NCBI GenBank assembly: GCA_030390025.1
Contig: CM059431.1
Span: forward strand, 134,790,001 to 134,854,000
Origin: Squalus acanthias
Lineage: Eukaryota
Direction: 5' to 3'
DNA length: 64,000 nt
The position numbers were made by a program, and so were the translations under genes. The notes under the pieces are model-generated. The model saw only the letters and a program-made list of their open reading frames with translations, was not told the origin of the DNA and searched no databases. Shown here piece by piece: positions 26,910 to 38,621 of this stretch (its first letter is position 1; each line of letters begins with the position of its first letter).

Positions 26910-27010
26910 CTTGAAGCTCCCACACTTTCAATGGTGCCATGTCATTAGTGCTTTCAATAAGATGTTTTCTTAATTCCTTCAGCTGGCCTTTTAAGTCAGG
27001 ATATAGGTGC
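26910..27010 (-). CDS. UGGT2: Host gene exon (K)HLYPDLKGQLKELRKHLIESTNDMAPLKVWELQ(D)
   Basis: 101-nt exon bounded by ttttaacag| and |gtattc. Phase 2 in, phase 1 out, joining both neighbouring exons in frame. Contains a PLKVWELQ UGGT motif. Confidence 0.9.
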
Positions 27011-27056
27011 CTGTTAAAATAACAGCGTAAAGGTTACACAGAGGGTGAGGCAGAGA

Positions 27057-29357
27057 GGGAAGGAGGAGGGTGTGGGGGATGGAGGAGGAGGAGGGTGTGG
27101 GAGTGGGAAGGAGGAGGGTGTGGGGGAGGGAGGAGGAGGAGGGTGTGGGAGTGGGAAGGAGGAGGGTGTGGGAGTGGGAAGGAGGAGGAGGGTGTGGGAG
27201 TGGGAAGGAGGAGGAGGGTGTGGGAGTGGGAAGGAGGAGGAGGGTGTGGGAGTGGGAAGGAGGAGGAGGGTGTGGGAGTGGGAAGGAGGAGGAGGGTGTG
27301 GGAGTGGGAAGGAGGAGGAGGGTGTGGGGGAGGGAAGGAGGAGGAGGGTGTGGGAGTGGGAAGGAGGAGGAGGGTGTGGGAGTGGGAAGGAGGAGGGTGT
27401 GGGAGTGGGAAGGAGGAGGGTGTGGGAGTGGGAAGGAGGAGGAGGGTGTGGGAGTGGGAAGGAGGAGGAGGGTGTGGGAGTGGGAAGGAGGAGGAGGGTG
27501 TGGGAGTGGGAAGGAGGAGGAGGGTGTGGGAGTGGGAAGGAGGAGGGTGTGGGAGTGGGAAGGAGGAGGGTGTGGGAGTGGGAAGGAGGAGGAGGGTGTG
27601 GGAGTGGGAAGGAGGAGGGTGTGGGAGTGGGAAGGAGGAGGAAGGTGTGGGAGTGGGAAGGAGGAGGGTGTGGGAGTGGGAAGGAGGAGGAGGTTGTGGG
27701 GTGGGAAGGAGGAGGAGGATGTGGGAGTGGGAAGGAGGAGGAGGATGTGGGAGTGGGAAGGAGGAGGAGGGTGTGGGGGAGGGAAGGAGGAGGAGGGTGT
27801 GGGAGTGGGAAGGAGGAGGAGGGTGTGGGAGTGGGAAGGAGGAGGAGGGTGTGGGAGTGGGAAGGAGGAGGAGGATGTGGGAGTGGGAAGGAGGAGGAGG
27901 GTGTGGGAGTGGGAAGGAGGAGGAGGGTGTGGGGGAGGGAAGGAGGAGGAGGTGTGGGGTGGGAAGGAGGAGGAGGTTGTGGGAGTGGGAAGGAGGAGGA
28001 GGTTGTGGGAGTGGGAAGGAGGAGGAGGGTGTGGGAGTGGGAAGGAGGAGGAGGGTGTGGGAGTGGGAAGGAGGAGGAGGATGTGGGAGTGGGAAGGAGG
28101 AGGATGTGGGGTGGGAAGGAGGAGGAGGTTGTGGGAGTGGGAAGGAGGAGGAGGGTGTGGGAGTGGGAAGGAGGAGGAGGGTGTGGGAGTGGGAAGGAGG
28201 AGGAGGATGTGGGAGTGGGAAGGAGGAGGAGGGTGTGGGAGTGGGAAGGAGGAGGAGGATGTGGGGTGGGAAGGAGGAGGAGGGTGTGGGGGAGGGAAGG
28301 AGGAGGAGGGTGTGGGAGTGGGAAGGAGGAGGAGGGTGTGGGAGTGGGAAGGAGGAGGAGGATGTGGGGTGGGAAGGAGGAGGAGGGTGTGGGAGTGGGA
28401 AGGAGGAGGAGGATGTGGGGTGGGAAGGAGGAGGAGGGTGTGGGGGAGGGAAGGAGGAGGAGGGTGTGGGGTGGGAAGGAGGAGGAGGGTGTGGGAGTGG
28501 GAGTGGGAAGGAGGAGGAGGGTGTGGGAGTGGGAAGGAGGAGGAGGGTGTGGGAGTGGGAAGGAGGAGGAGGGTGTGGGAGTGGGAAGGAGGAGGGTGTG
28601 GGAGTGGGAAGGAGGAGGGTGTGGGAGTGAGAAGGAGGAGGAGGGTGTGGGAGTGGGAAGGAGGAGGGTGTGGGAGTGGGAAGTAGGAGGGTGTGGGAGT
28701 GGGAAGGAGGAGGGTGTGGGAGTGGGAAGGAGGAGGAGGGTGTGGGAGTGGGAAGGAGGAGGAGGGTGTGGGAGTGGGAAGGAGGAGGGTGTGGGAGTGG
28801 GAAGGAGGAGGAGGATGTGGGGTGGGAAGGAGGAGGAGGGTGTGGGGGAGGGAAGGAGGAGGAGGGTGTGGGGTGGGAAGGAGGAGGAGGGTGTGGGAGT
28901 GGGAGTGGGAAGGAGGAGGAGGGTGTGGGAGTGGGAAGGAGGAGGAGGGTGTGGGAGTGGGAAGGAGGAGGGTGTGGGAGTGGGAAGGAGGAGGGTGTGT
29001 GAGTGGGAAGGAGGAGGAGGGTGTGGGAGTGGGAAGGAGGAGGAGGGTGTGGGAGTGGGAAGGAGGAGGAGGGTGTGGGAGTGGGAAGGAGGAGGGTGTG
29101 GGAGTGGGAAGGAGGAGGGTGTGGGAGTGGGAAGGAGGAGGAGGGTGTGGGAGTGGGAAGGAGGAGGGTGTGGGAGTGGGAAGTAGGAGGGTGTGGGAGT
29201 GGGAAGGAGGAGGGTGTGGGAGTGGGAAGGAGGAGGAGGGTGTGGGAGTGGGAAGGAGGAGGAGGGTGTGGGAGTGGGAAGGAGGAGGGTGTGGGAGTGG
29301 GAAGGAGGAGGAGGGTGTGGGAGTGGGAAGGAGGAGGAGGATGTGGAGGTGGGAGTG
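27057..29357. repeat. G-rich minisatellite, unit about (GGA)2-3 GGGTGTGGGAGTGGGAA, 23-26 bp
   Basis: Visible tandem array of about 2.3 kb with essentially no C on the + strand. Confidence 0.98.
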
Positions 29358-30068
29358 AGATTATAAAATGTATTAAGCTTTGTGAGCATTTCTTTTTGTA
29401 AAACTACTGCTGAAAGATATGATTATTAGATTCTGTAAGATTCAGCTAGGATTTTTGCAGAAGTAAGCATTAAAGCTGCGTCCTGTTATTACGAAGCTAT
29501 GTCATGGGTCAAGATGAGATAACAGCTACACAGTTGAACATGCAAAGACAGCATAAGAGAGACCCTTTGGATTAACCAAATATGGGACTGTTCACGAGAA
29601 GAGCAAATGTTCGAAACTCTCCTATTACCTCAGCTATGGATGTCACCTATGGTTGGATGAGACAAGTCAGTTGGTCTGGGCAAAGAGGGATATATGGCGA
29701 CTGTTTAGCCTGAGATACACAGATGTAGAGAGACACACTTGCAGGGGTTGATCCATGCTGGCCATCTGAGCCTAACACCCCTCAAGTATTCTAGCCTGAA
29801 GAGCGGATCAATGCTGGCGAATGCCTAATGCCCCTCTCAGCTAGAAGAACAACGGATTAGAAGAGAACAAGGAGACATCGCACGCTACTCTGTCCAGTGA
29901 CTGAATGGGTAATATCGTTCGCAGCTGTAAATTACTGTCATGAAATACTAGTCTTTTGGCTGTATTGATTTCTACTGTACCTACCGGTACCAATATGGAA
30001 TCATGTTCGAATCTTTAAGTTTGAGGTGAAACCCTCTTAAAAGGGTGTGGGAGCAGGAAGGAGGGAGG

Positions 30069-30662
30069 TGTTAGGATCACCTGTTAGTCAACCTCCTTCC
30101 TTCTATGGTTCACAACGACACACTTCGAGTAAGCATGAAGACACTTGATGGTGGAGTGTACGGAACAGACTTTATTCATATCCAGCATCAGTGATCAATC
30201 TAACTGTGTACAGAGAGATGCGTTTTGGTTTCTCTATCTTTCGAGCCCTCCAACTAACTGTTGAAAAACATGCTCATTTATACACGTTAGTTTGCCTACA
30301 TCAAAGGTACATGTCACAGATATGACCTCATCATGCATCTGTTCCCAAGTTCTTTGAAAGCACTCTATTTACGTAAACAGTCCTAGCTGTCTACTTCAAA
30401 AGATACTTCACTCAAACGAGATTTACTGACCTAACCTGTCTTGAATCCTTTAAGGAGTAGTTTTATTAACAGCTTATCTTCCTAAACATTCCTCTATGCT
30501 ATAATTAATGGATCCCTCTGCCTATGCTTATTACACTTGCCACAAAAATATATTTAATCACTCATGGTTGAAGCGGTCCCAGTCACCTATTTCCTTGCAC
30601 AAGTATTTCTTGCAGATAATACTCAGATATTAAAAGCAGAAGATAAGCTTTCTTCTGTAACA
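30069..30662 (-). mobile_element. Putative LTR
   Basis: TGTTA...TAACA termini, AATAAA on the minus strand near 30171, purine tract agtgggg immediately upstream on minus. No TSD found. Confidence 0.45.
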
Positions 30663-30811
30663 CCCCACTGCTATCATGTTTATATTGTAAAGCCTGTTGT
30701 TCCAAGATACAAAGATGTTTGATTATTAACCCTTAAATCTCCAAGTTGTCCAACAGAGAGAGTGAGGGTGGAGGAGATGGGCATGGGAGGTGGGAAAGGA
30801 GGAAAGAGTGG

Positions 30812-31132
30812 GAGTCAAATAGGACACTGAGGTTGCGAACAGTCTGGTTTAGCCTCAGACTATGGCCAGGGCGGGGATAGAGTCAGTGGCTAAGGAATGG
30901 GGTTTGTGATGCGGACCGAGGACAATGGTTTCGGTCTTCCCAATATTTAATTGGAGTAAATTTCTGCTCATCCACTACTGGATGTCGGACAAGCAACGTG
31001 ACAAATCAGGCAGGGACGAGGCCGAGACAGGTGGTGGTGCAGTAGAGCTGGGTGTCGTCAGCGTACATTTGGAATCTAATGTGTGCCTTCGGATGATGTC
31101 GCTGAGGGGCGGTGTGCAGATGAGAAATAGGT
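30812..31132 (-). mobile_element. L2 LINE RT fragment
   Basis: Minus strand reads PLSDIIRRH...MYADDTQLY. Confidence 0.75.
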
Positions 31133-31234
31133 TTTAAAGATCTTAATAGGATTTTAAGATCTTTAGATCCTGCTTTTTATATTTTCTCATAGCCTTCAAC
31201 AAACATTACATATTAATCTCAAGATTGAATTTTA

Positions 31235-32640
31235 TACCCCTGTTCAAAAAAGGGGAGAGAGATAAACCCAGTAACTACAGTCCAGTCAGCCTAATGTTGG
31301 TGGTGGCGAAACTTGAGATCATAATGCGGAACAAAATTAAATGTCACTTGGAGAAACATGGGTTTTAAATGACAGTCAACATGGATTTGTTGAAGGTAAA
31401 TCATGTCTGACAAACTTGATTCAGTTCTTCGATTAAATAACAGTGTTGATGAAATAACAGTGTTGTTTAAGATAGTGCAGTTAATCTTGTGTATATGGAC
31501 TTCCAAAAGGCGTTCGATAAAGTGGCACATAATAGACGTCTTAGCTAAATTGTAGCCCATGAGATTAAAGCGACAGTGGCAGTGTGGATACGAAATTGGC
31601 TAAGAGACAGAGAGCATAGAGTAGTGGTGAACGGTTTGTTTTTTAAACTGGAGGGAAGTATACAGTGGTGTCCCCCAGATGTTGGGATGAGAACCACTGC
31701 TCTTTTTGATGTATATTAATGACCTGGATTTGGGTATAGGGGGCACAATTTCAAAGTTTGCAGATGACACAAAACATAGAAATGTAGTAAAGAGTGAAGA
31801 GGATAGTAGTAGACCTCAGGAGAACATAGACAGACTGGTGAAATGGACAAACATATGGTAGATGAAATTTAATGCAGAGAATTGTGAAGTGATGCATTTT
31901 GGAAGGAAGAATGAGGAGAGACAACATAAACTGAACAGTACAATTTTAAACCAGGCACAGGAACAGAGAAACCTGGAGGTTCACATGCACATATTTTTGA
32001 AGGTGGCAGGGCAAGTTGATAAGGCTGTTTAACCATATGGAATCTTTAACTTTATAAACAAAGGCATAGAGTACAAAAGCAAGGAAGTTATGGTAAACCT
32101 TTATAAATCACTGATTAGGCCTCAGCTACAGTATTGTGTCCAATTCTGGGCCTTGAAGAGGGTGCGGTAGAGATTTACTGGAATGGTACCGGGATGAAAG
32201 ACTTCAGTTATGTGGAGAGACTAGAGAAGCTGGGATTGTTTTCCTTACAGTAAAGAAGGTTAGGGGAGATTTAATAGAGGTGTTCAATAATATGAGGGTT
32301 TTTTGATAGAGTAGATAGGGGGAAACTGTTTCCACTGGCAGGTGAGTCAGTAACCAGAGATCACAGATTTAAGATAATTGGCACTGAACCAGAGGGAGAC
32401 GAGGAGAATTATGTTTATGCAGCGGGTCGCTATGATATGGAATTCAGTGTCTGAAATGCTGGTGGAAGCAGATTCAACAGTAACTTTCAATGGGGAATTG
32501 GATGTATACTTAAAAAGGAAAAATCTGCACGGCAATGAGGAAAGAGCAGGGGACTGAGACTAATTGGATAGCTCCTACAAAGAGCCGGCACAGAATTTAT
32601 GGGCTGAATAGCCTCCTTCTGTGCTGTATGATTCTATGAT
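31235..32640 (+). mobile_element. Degraded CR1 LINE
   Basis: YMDFQKAFDKV and KFADDT motifs, attctatg tail. Confidence 0.9.
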
Positions 32641-32714
32641 CAGAGGCACCACATGTGACTATTGGTAAGGGAAAGAGTGAGGCAGGAAGGAAGGACAAAA
32701 TAAAAATAACTTAC

Positions 32715-32787
32715 TTCAATTTCCCAAAAAGAATTCCCTGAACTTCATCGATGTCATCATCCTCTTCCAGCACAGTAACATTTGTAC
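32715..32787 (-). CDS. UGGT2: Host gene exon, UDP-glucose:glycoprotein glucosyltransferase (G)TNVTVLEEDDDIDEVQGILFGKL(K)
   Basis: 73-nt exon with ctag| acceptor and |gtaagt donor on the minus strand. Peptide resembles the UGGT DEVQGFLFGKL motif as recalled. Its phase-2 end matches the next exon. Confidence 0.85.
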
Positions 32788-33112
32788 CTAGATTAAAGTT
32801 AGGTACGATATTTGTCACACAATTGCAGTGATTTGCACCATTAATACAGATATATACTGCTAATCATGTCAGATCAGCACAAACATGAAGGTTACATTAA
32901 AAAGAATCTTCATCACTATATATTTTCTCCTCTGTAAGATTGTTACATTTTTATTTATTTTTAACACGAGATATTTTCCTTGGGCTCAGTGTCAGAGGCC
33001 ACTTCAGTAATCTGACTTAGTTTGCTCTATAAAGCAGAGGGTCCAGGGATCAAACAGAAAACCCTTGCTATACAGTACTCCAGCTTACTGAAATATATCA
33101 TATGCTGCCAAG

Positions 33113-33276
33113 CAACGTTCCCTGTAATTTTTTGTTAGGCCGCGCGGACCCTTTAACGGGCTGCACGGCCATTCAAAATTCCGCGCATGTGCGTTTTTTT
33201 CAATTTAAAGGCCAGCTCACCGGCTGTGCGGGACCCCTGGAGCGCTGCGCAGCCGCACAGCTTAAAGGGAACATTG
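33113..33276. mobile_element. hAT-superfamily MITE, 164 bp
   Basis: TIR caacgttccct / agggaacattg with perfect 8-bp TSD ctgccaag (33105-33112 and 33277-33284). Confidence 0.9.
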
Positions 33277-33639
33277 CTGCCAAGTGATCTCAACTTCAGA
33301 AGACAGAAGAATATGCACTCCAATGCCCCAATATTTACGGGAGGGTGCGGGAGAGGCCATAATCGTCCGAAGAACCAGGGGATGTGGAGGCCCTGCCAAA
33401 CTCAAAACGGCAGGTCCTCATTAGAATAAAATGATGCAGTCTCCCGCCCAACAGCTGGCAAGATCAAAAGCCTGCCAGCGAGCGGGAGCACGCGCTAATG
33501 GCTGTTGGATGCAGCCGGGGACCATGGGGACGGTCTGCCGCAGTTAGTAGGGTTCGGGGTTCGGGGCTCGGGGCTGTGATCGGGAGGGTGGGAGGAGGAA
33601 TGTGAACAGAGCCGCGATCGGGGCTGGGGTGTCTGTCAG

Positions 33640-36064
33640 CATTTGGTAAAGTTCCGCACAAAAGATTATTAGCAAAAATGGAATTGGAGGTAACATTATG
33701 ACGTGGGTTGATAATTGACTGGAGTAGGGATAAAGGGAATGCACCCTGACTGGCAGGAAGTGACAAGTGGTGTTCCCCAGGGATCAGTACTGGGGCCTCA
33801 GCTTTTCACCATATTTATTGTGGACTTGGATGAAGGAAGAGAGAATTATATATCCAAATTTGCAGATGACACTAAGTTGGGAGGCACAGTAAGTTGTGTA
33901 GATGGGAGTAGGAAGTTACAAAGGCACATAGACAAACTAAGTGAGTGGGCAAAACTGTGGGAGAGTTCCATGTGGGAAGTGTGAGGTCTTTGGATCCAAG
34001 AAAGACAGATCAGAGTATTTCCTTAATAGTGAGGGTTCTGTGGAGGAGCAAAGAGATTTAGGTGCCCGTGTATACAAATCACTAAAAGCTAGGGCACAGG
34101 TACAAAAGGTAATTAAAAAGGCTAATGGAATGCTGGCCTCATCTCAAGGGGGTTGGAATACAAAAGTGAGGAAGTTATGCTTCAGTTGTACAGAACCTTG
34201 GTCAAATCCCATCTGCAGTACTGCATTTAGTTTTGGGCAGGAAAGATATACCCGTATTTCTAGCGGGGCGGGGGGGGGGGGGGGCGGCGGGAGTGCAGAT
34301 TCACCAGAATGATAGCAGGACTGAAAGGATTAAATCATGAGAACAGGTATCATAAATTTGATTTGTATTTCCTGGAGTTCACAAGATTGAGGGGTAATCT
34401 AATTGAGGTCTTTAAAATGATAAAGGGATTCGATAGGGTAGGTACAAAGAAACTATTTCCTCTGGTGGAATCCAGAACAAGAGGAGTATGAGGAAAGAGC
34501 AGGGGAGTGGGACTAATTGGATAGCTCCTTCAAAGAGCTGGCACAGATACGATGGACCAAATGGCCTCCTTCTGTGCTGTATAATTCTATGATTCTATGA
34601 AGGTGACATAATGTTAAAATTAGGGCTAGGATATTTAGGAGTGAAATCATACACTTTTTCGTACAAAGGGTAGTAGAAATCTGGAATTCTCTCCCCCAAA
34701 AGGCTGTTGATGCCGAGTTAATAGAAATGTTCAAGACTGAGATTGATAGACTTTTTTTGGGGTAAAGGTATCAAGAGATATGGTGCAAAGGCAGGTAAAT
34801 GGAGCTGAGGTACAGATCATCCATTATCTAATAGAATGGTGACTGGAAACTAAATAGTACCAGGTATATGCTACTGAGTAGAGGGAAAGAAACAAGTTTG
34901 GGATTTATAAACAATTTAGAACAGGTTGCAGCAGTAAAGGCAGAGGCTCTGCGGATAAACAGAGGGGTTAGGGATAAAAGGCTTACGTTACATATAGGGG
35001 CCAATAACACAAGAAAACTATGAGAAATAGAAAGGAAGAAAAAAAAATGAGCAAGACTAAGGGAAAGTATGAAAAAAGACTGACAATCAGCATAAAGAGA
35101 AATAGCAAGGACTTTTATGAGCACACAAGTAAAAAGATAGATAAAGGGGTGGGACCATAGAGCCAAAATGGGCCATCTTGCACTTGAGAATGATGGAAAT
35201 GGTTCATAAGTATTATGTGTCAGTTTTTACATAGCAATGTGCATATGGGACTGTAGAAATATCGGAGGATGACATAGGAAACTCAATAGCTAAAAGGAAT
35301 GCAGATGTATATATGGATTTTCAGAAGACATTTGGCAACACACCACATAAGGGGCTTGATACAAAAAAATTAGGTATATGGTACTAAAGGATATGTAGCT
35401 TAATAGATAGAAATATGACTAGCACACAGAAAGCAAAGAGTAGGGGTAAACGGATTTTTTCAGATTAGTGGGATGTGGGTGGCGTTGTGCCCCAGGGATC
35501 CTGGGATGTCTATTGTTCACGATTTATACAAATGGGTTTGACATGGACACAAAGGGTATCATACTGAGGTTTGCTGATATTATCAAATTAGGGTACATGG
35601 CAAAAGGTAAGGAAAAATACAGGAGATTGCAGGAAGACACAGACAGTTTTGTGGAGTGAACACAATGTAGTTAAATGCAGAGAAATGTGAAGTAGTACAT
35701 TTTTTGAAAAAGAATAGTGAAAGGAAGATACAAAAGCAAAATACTGCGGATGCTGGAAATCTGAAATAAAAACAGAAAATGCTGGAAATACTCAGCAGGT
35801 CAGGCAGCATCTGCAGAGAGAAACAGAGTTAACGTTTCAGGTCGATGACCTTTCATCAGAATGGAAGGAAGATTCTTAACAGAGTGCAGGAACAGAGACG
35901 ACTAGGGCTGCAAATACATAGATCTTTAAAGGTGGGGTTACAGGTATAAAATGTCTACAAGCAAATAGCATTCTTCACTTTATAGATAATTGACATTAAA
36001 TGTAAAAGCAAGGAAATTATATTGAATCTGTACAAGACATTGGTTAAACCACATTTGGAGTATT
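33640..36064 (+). mobile_element. Cluster of degraded CR1 fragments, including a short CR1 tail inserted at about 34488-34598
   Basis: [10 protein letters not shown] and KFADDTK motifs, several 3' ends. Confidence 0.8.
35730..35862 (-). mobile_element. Solo Penelope-like terminal repeat containing a hammerhead motif (35827-35861)
   Basis: Minus strand reads ctgatga-a-aggtc-atc-gacct-gaaacgttaact. Flanked by duplicated aaggaagat. Confidence 0.8.
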
Positions 36065-36069
36065 GTGAG

Positions 36070-38030
36070 CAGTTAGAATCATAGAAACTTACAGCACAGA
36101 AGGAGGCCATTTGGCCCATTGTGCCTGTGCTGGCTCTTTGAAAGAGTAGTTGTGCTTAGTCCCACATTCCTGCATTTTGTCCGTAACCCTGTAAGTTCCT
36201 CATCCTCAAATACCTGTCCAACTCCCTTTTAAAATTATTTACAGAATCAGCTTCCACCACCTTTTCAGGTACAGCATTCAAGATCCCAACAACTCTGAGT
36301 GAAAAAACAGCTCCTCATCTCCCCTCTAGATCTTTTTCCAATGATTTCGAATCTATGACCTCTGGTTATTGACCCACTCGCCAGAGGGAATGCTATTTCC
36401 CTATTTACTCTATCAAAACCTCTCGTCATCCTGAAAACCTCGATGAGGTCTCTTAACCTTCTCTGTTCCAAGGAGAACAGTCCGAACTTTTCCAACCTCT
36501 CCTCATAACTGAAGTCCCTCTTCCCTGGTAACATCCTGGTAAACCTCCTTTGTCCCCTTTCTAATGCATTTACATCTTTCCTGAAGTGTGGTACATAGAA
36601 TTGTCCACAATACTCCAGCTGAGGCCTAGCCAGTGATTTATAAAGTTCTAGCATGATCTCTTTGCTTTTCTATTCTATTCCTCTATTTATAAACCCAAGT
36701 AGCCCATATGCTTTTTTAACCACCTTATCAACTTGCCCTGCCACCTTTAATGACTTGTGTATATGGACACCAAGGACTCTCTGCTCATCTACGCTTTTCA
36801 AAATCGTGCCATTTATAGTATACTGTCTTTCCATATTAGTCCTCCCAAAGTGCATCACTTCACACTTCTCCACATTGAACACCACATTGAAAGTCCATAT
36901 ATACAACATCTACTGCATTACCTTCTGCCCATTTCACCATCCTGTCTATGTCATCCTGAAGTCTGTAATTATCCTCATCCTGATCTACTATGTTGCCAAG
37001 TTTCGCATCATCTGTAAACTTTATAATGTTGCTCCCTACACCCTAGTCTAGGTCATTTATAAATACTGAAAGGAGTAATGGACACAAAACTGACCCTTAG
37101 GGAACACCACTGCAAACCACCTCTCAGTTTGAAAAACATCTATCCACCACCTCCATTTGCTTCCTGTCACTGACCAATTTTGTATCCATACCGCCACTTT
37201 CCCCTTAATTCCATGGGCTTCCGTCTTCTTAGAAACCTCCTGTGTGGCACTTTGTCGAATGCCTTCCGAAAGTCCATATATACAACATCTACTGCACTAC
37301 CTTGATCAACCTTCTCTGTTATCTCATCAAAGAATTCAATCAAGTTAGTCAGACACGATTTACCGTTAACAAATCCATGCTAGCTCCCCTTGATTAACCC
37401 ATGCCTTCCCAAATGAAGGTTTATTTTGTGCCTGATAATGGTTTCCAATAACTTCCCCACCACCGATGTTAGGCTGATTAGCCTGTAGTTTCCTGATTTA
37501 TCCCTCTCCCATTTCCTGAATAGTGGTATAACATTAGCAACCCTCCAGTCCTCCGGCACTACTCCTGTATCCAATGAGGATTGAAAGATTGTGACCAATG
37601 CCTCTGCTATTTCTACCTTTTCTTCTTTCAGCAACCTAGGATGCATTCCATCCAGACTAGGTGACTTACCAACTTTCAGTAATGCTAATCCCTTTAGTAC
37701 GTCTTCTCTATTAGTATCCTGCCATAACTTCCCTCTCCTCTTTTAGTGTAACCTTCACATCATCCGCTTCCTTTGTGAAGACAGATGCAAAGTACTCATT
37801 TAATACTTCAGCCATGTCCTCTGCCTCTACATGAAGATTTCCCTTTGGGTCGTTAGTAGGCCCAACATTTTCCCTGGCAAACTGCTTACACTATGAGATT
37901 ATAAAATGCTTTAGGGTTCAATTTAATCTTGCCTGCTAATCTTTTCTCATAACCACTCTTTGCCTCCCGTATTAACTTTTTCAATTCCCTCCTGCACTTT
38001 CCAGAATCTTCCTGGTTCTCCCCACCTCAT
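36070..38030 (-). mobile_element. CR1 LINE
   Basis: Minus-strand ORF2 fragments (HPRLLKE, NYRLISLTS, LEYCGQF). Confidence 0.9.
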
Positions 38031-38621
38031 TAAAAAAGAACATTAGAGTCACTGAAAGGATGCAGCAAAGATTGACTATAATGTAATCAGGAAAGAAAGG
38101 TAATAGTTATGAAAAAAGGATTGAAAAACTGGGCCATTTTCCACTGAAAAAGAACACTGCCTCTACATGAAGACTTCCCTTTGGGTCCTAAACAGAACAC
38201 TGTTAAGGGGCATTTAATAAAGGTTTTCAAAACTATGAATGGTTTTGATAGAATGAATAGTGTAAAATTAGGAACATAGGCCATTCAGTCCCTCGGGCCT
38301 GTTCCACCATTTAATGACATCATGGCTGATTTGTATGCTAACTCCATCCAGCCACCTTGGCTCCATATCCCTCAATATCCTTGGCTATTAAGAATCTATT
38401 GTTTCTCAGATATAAATTATTAATTGAGTTAGCATCTACTGCTTTTTGTGGGAGAGTTCCACACTTCTACCATCCTTTCTCTCCTGAATGGCCTGGCTCT
38501 GATTTTAAGGTTATGTCCACCTGTCCTAGACACCCCTACCAGAGGAAGAAGTTTCTATCTACCCTATCAATTCCTTTCAAAACCCTAAAAAGCTCAATTA
38601 TATTATCCCTTAATCTTCTAT

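Noticed and set aside
27057..29357. CRISPR-like array
   Set aside because: No unique spacers; simple tandem repeat in eukaryotic DNA.
27014..29401. Long ORFs of 500-790 aa on both strands
   Set aside because: Artefacts of a minisatellite that lacks stop codons.
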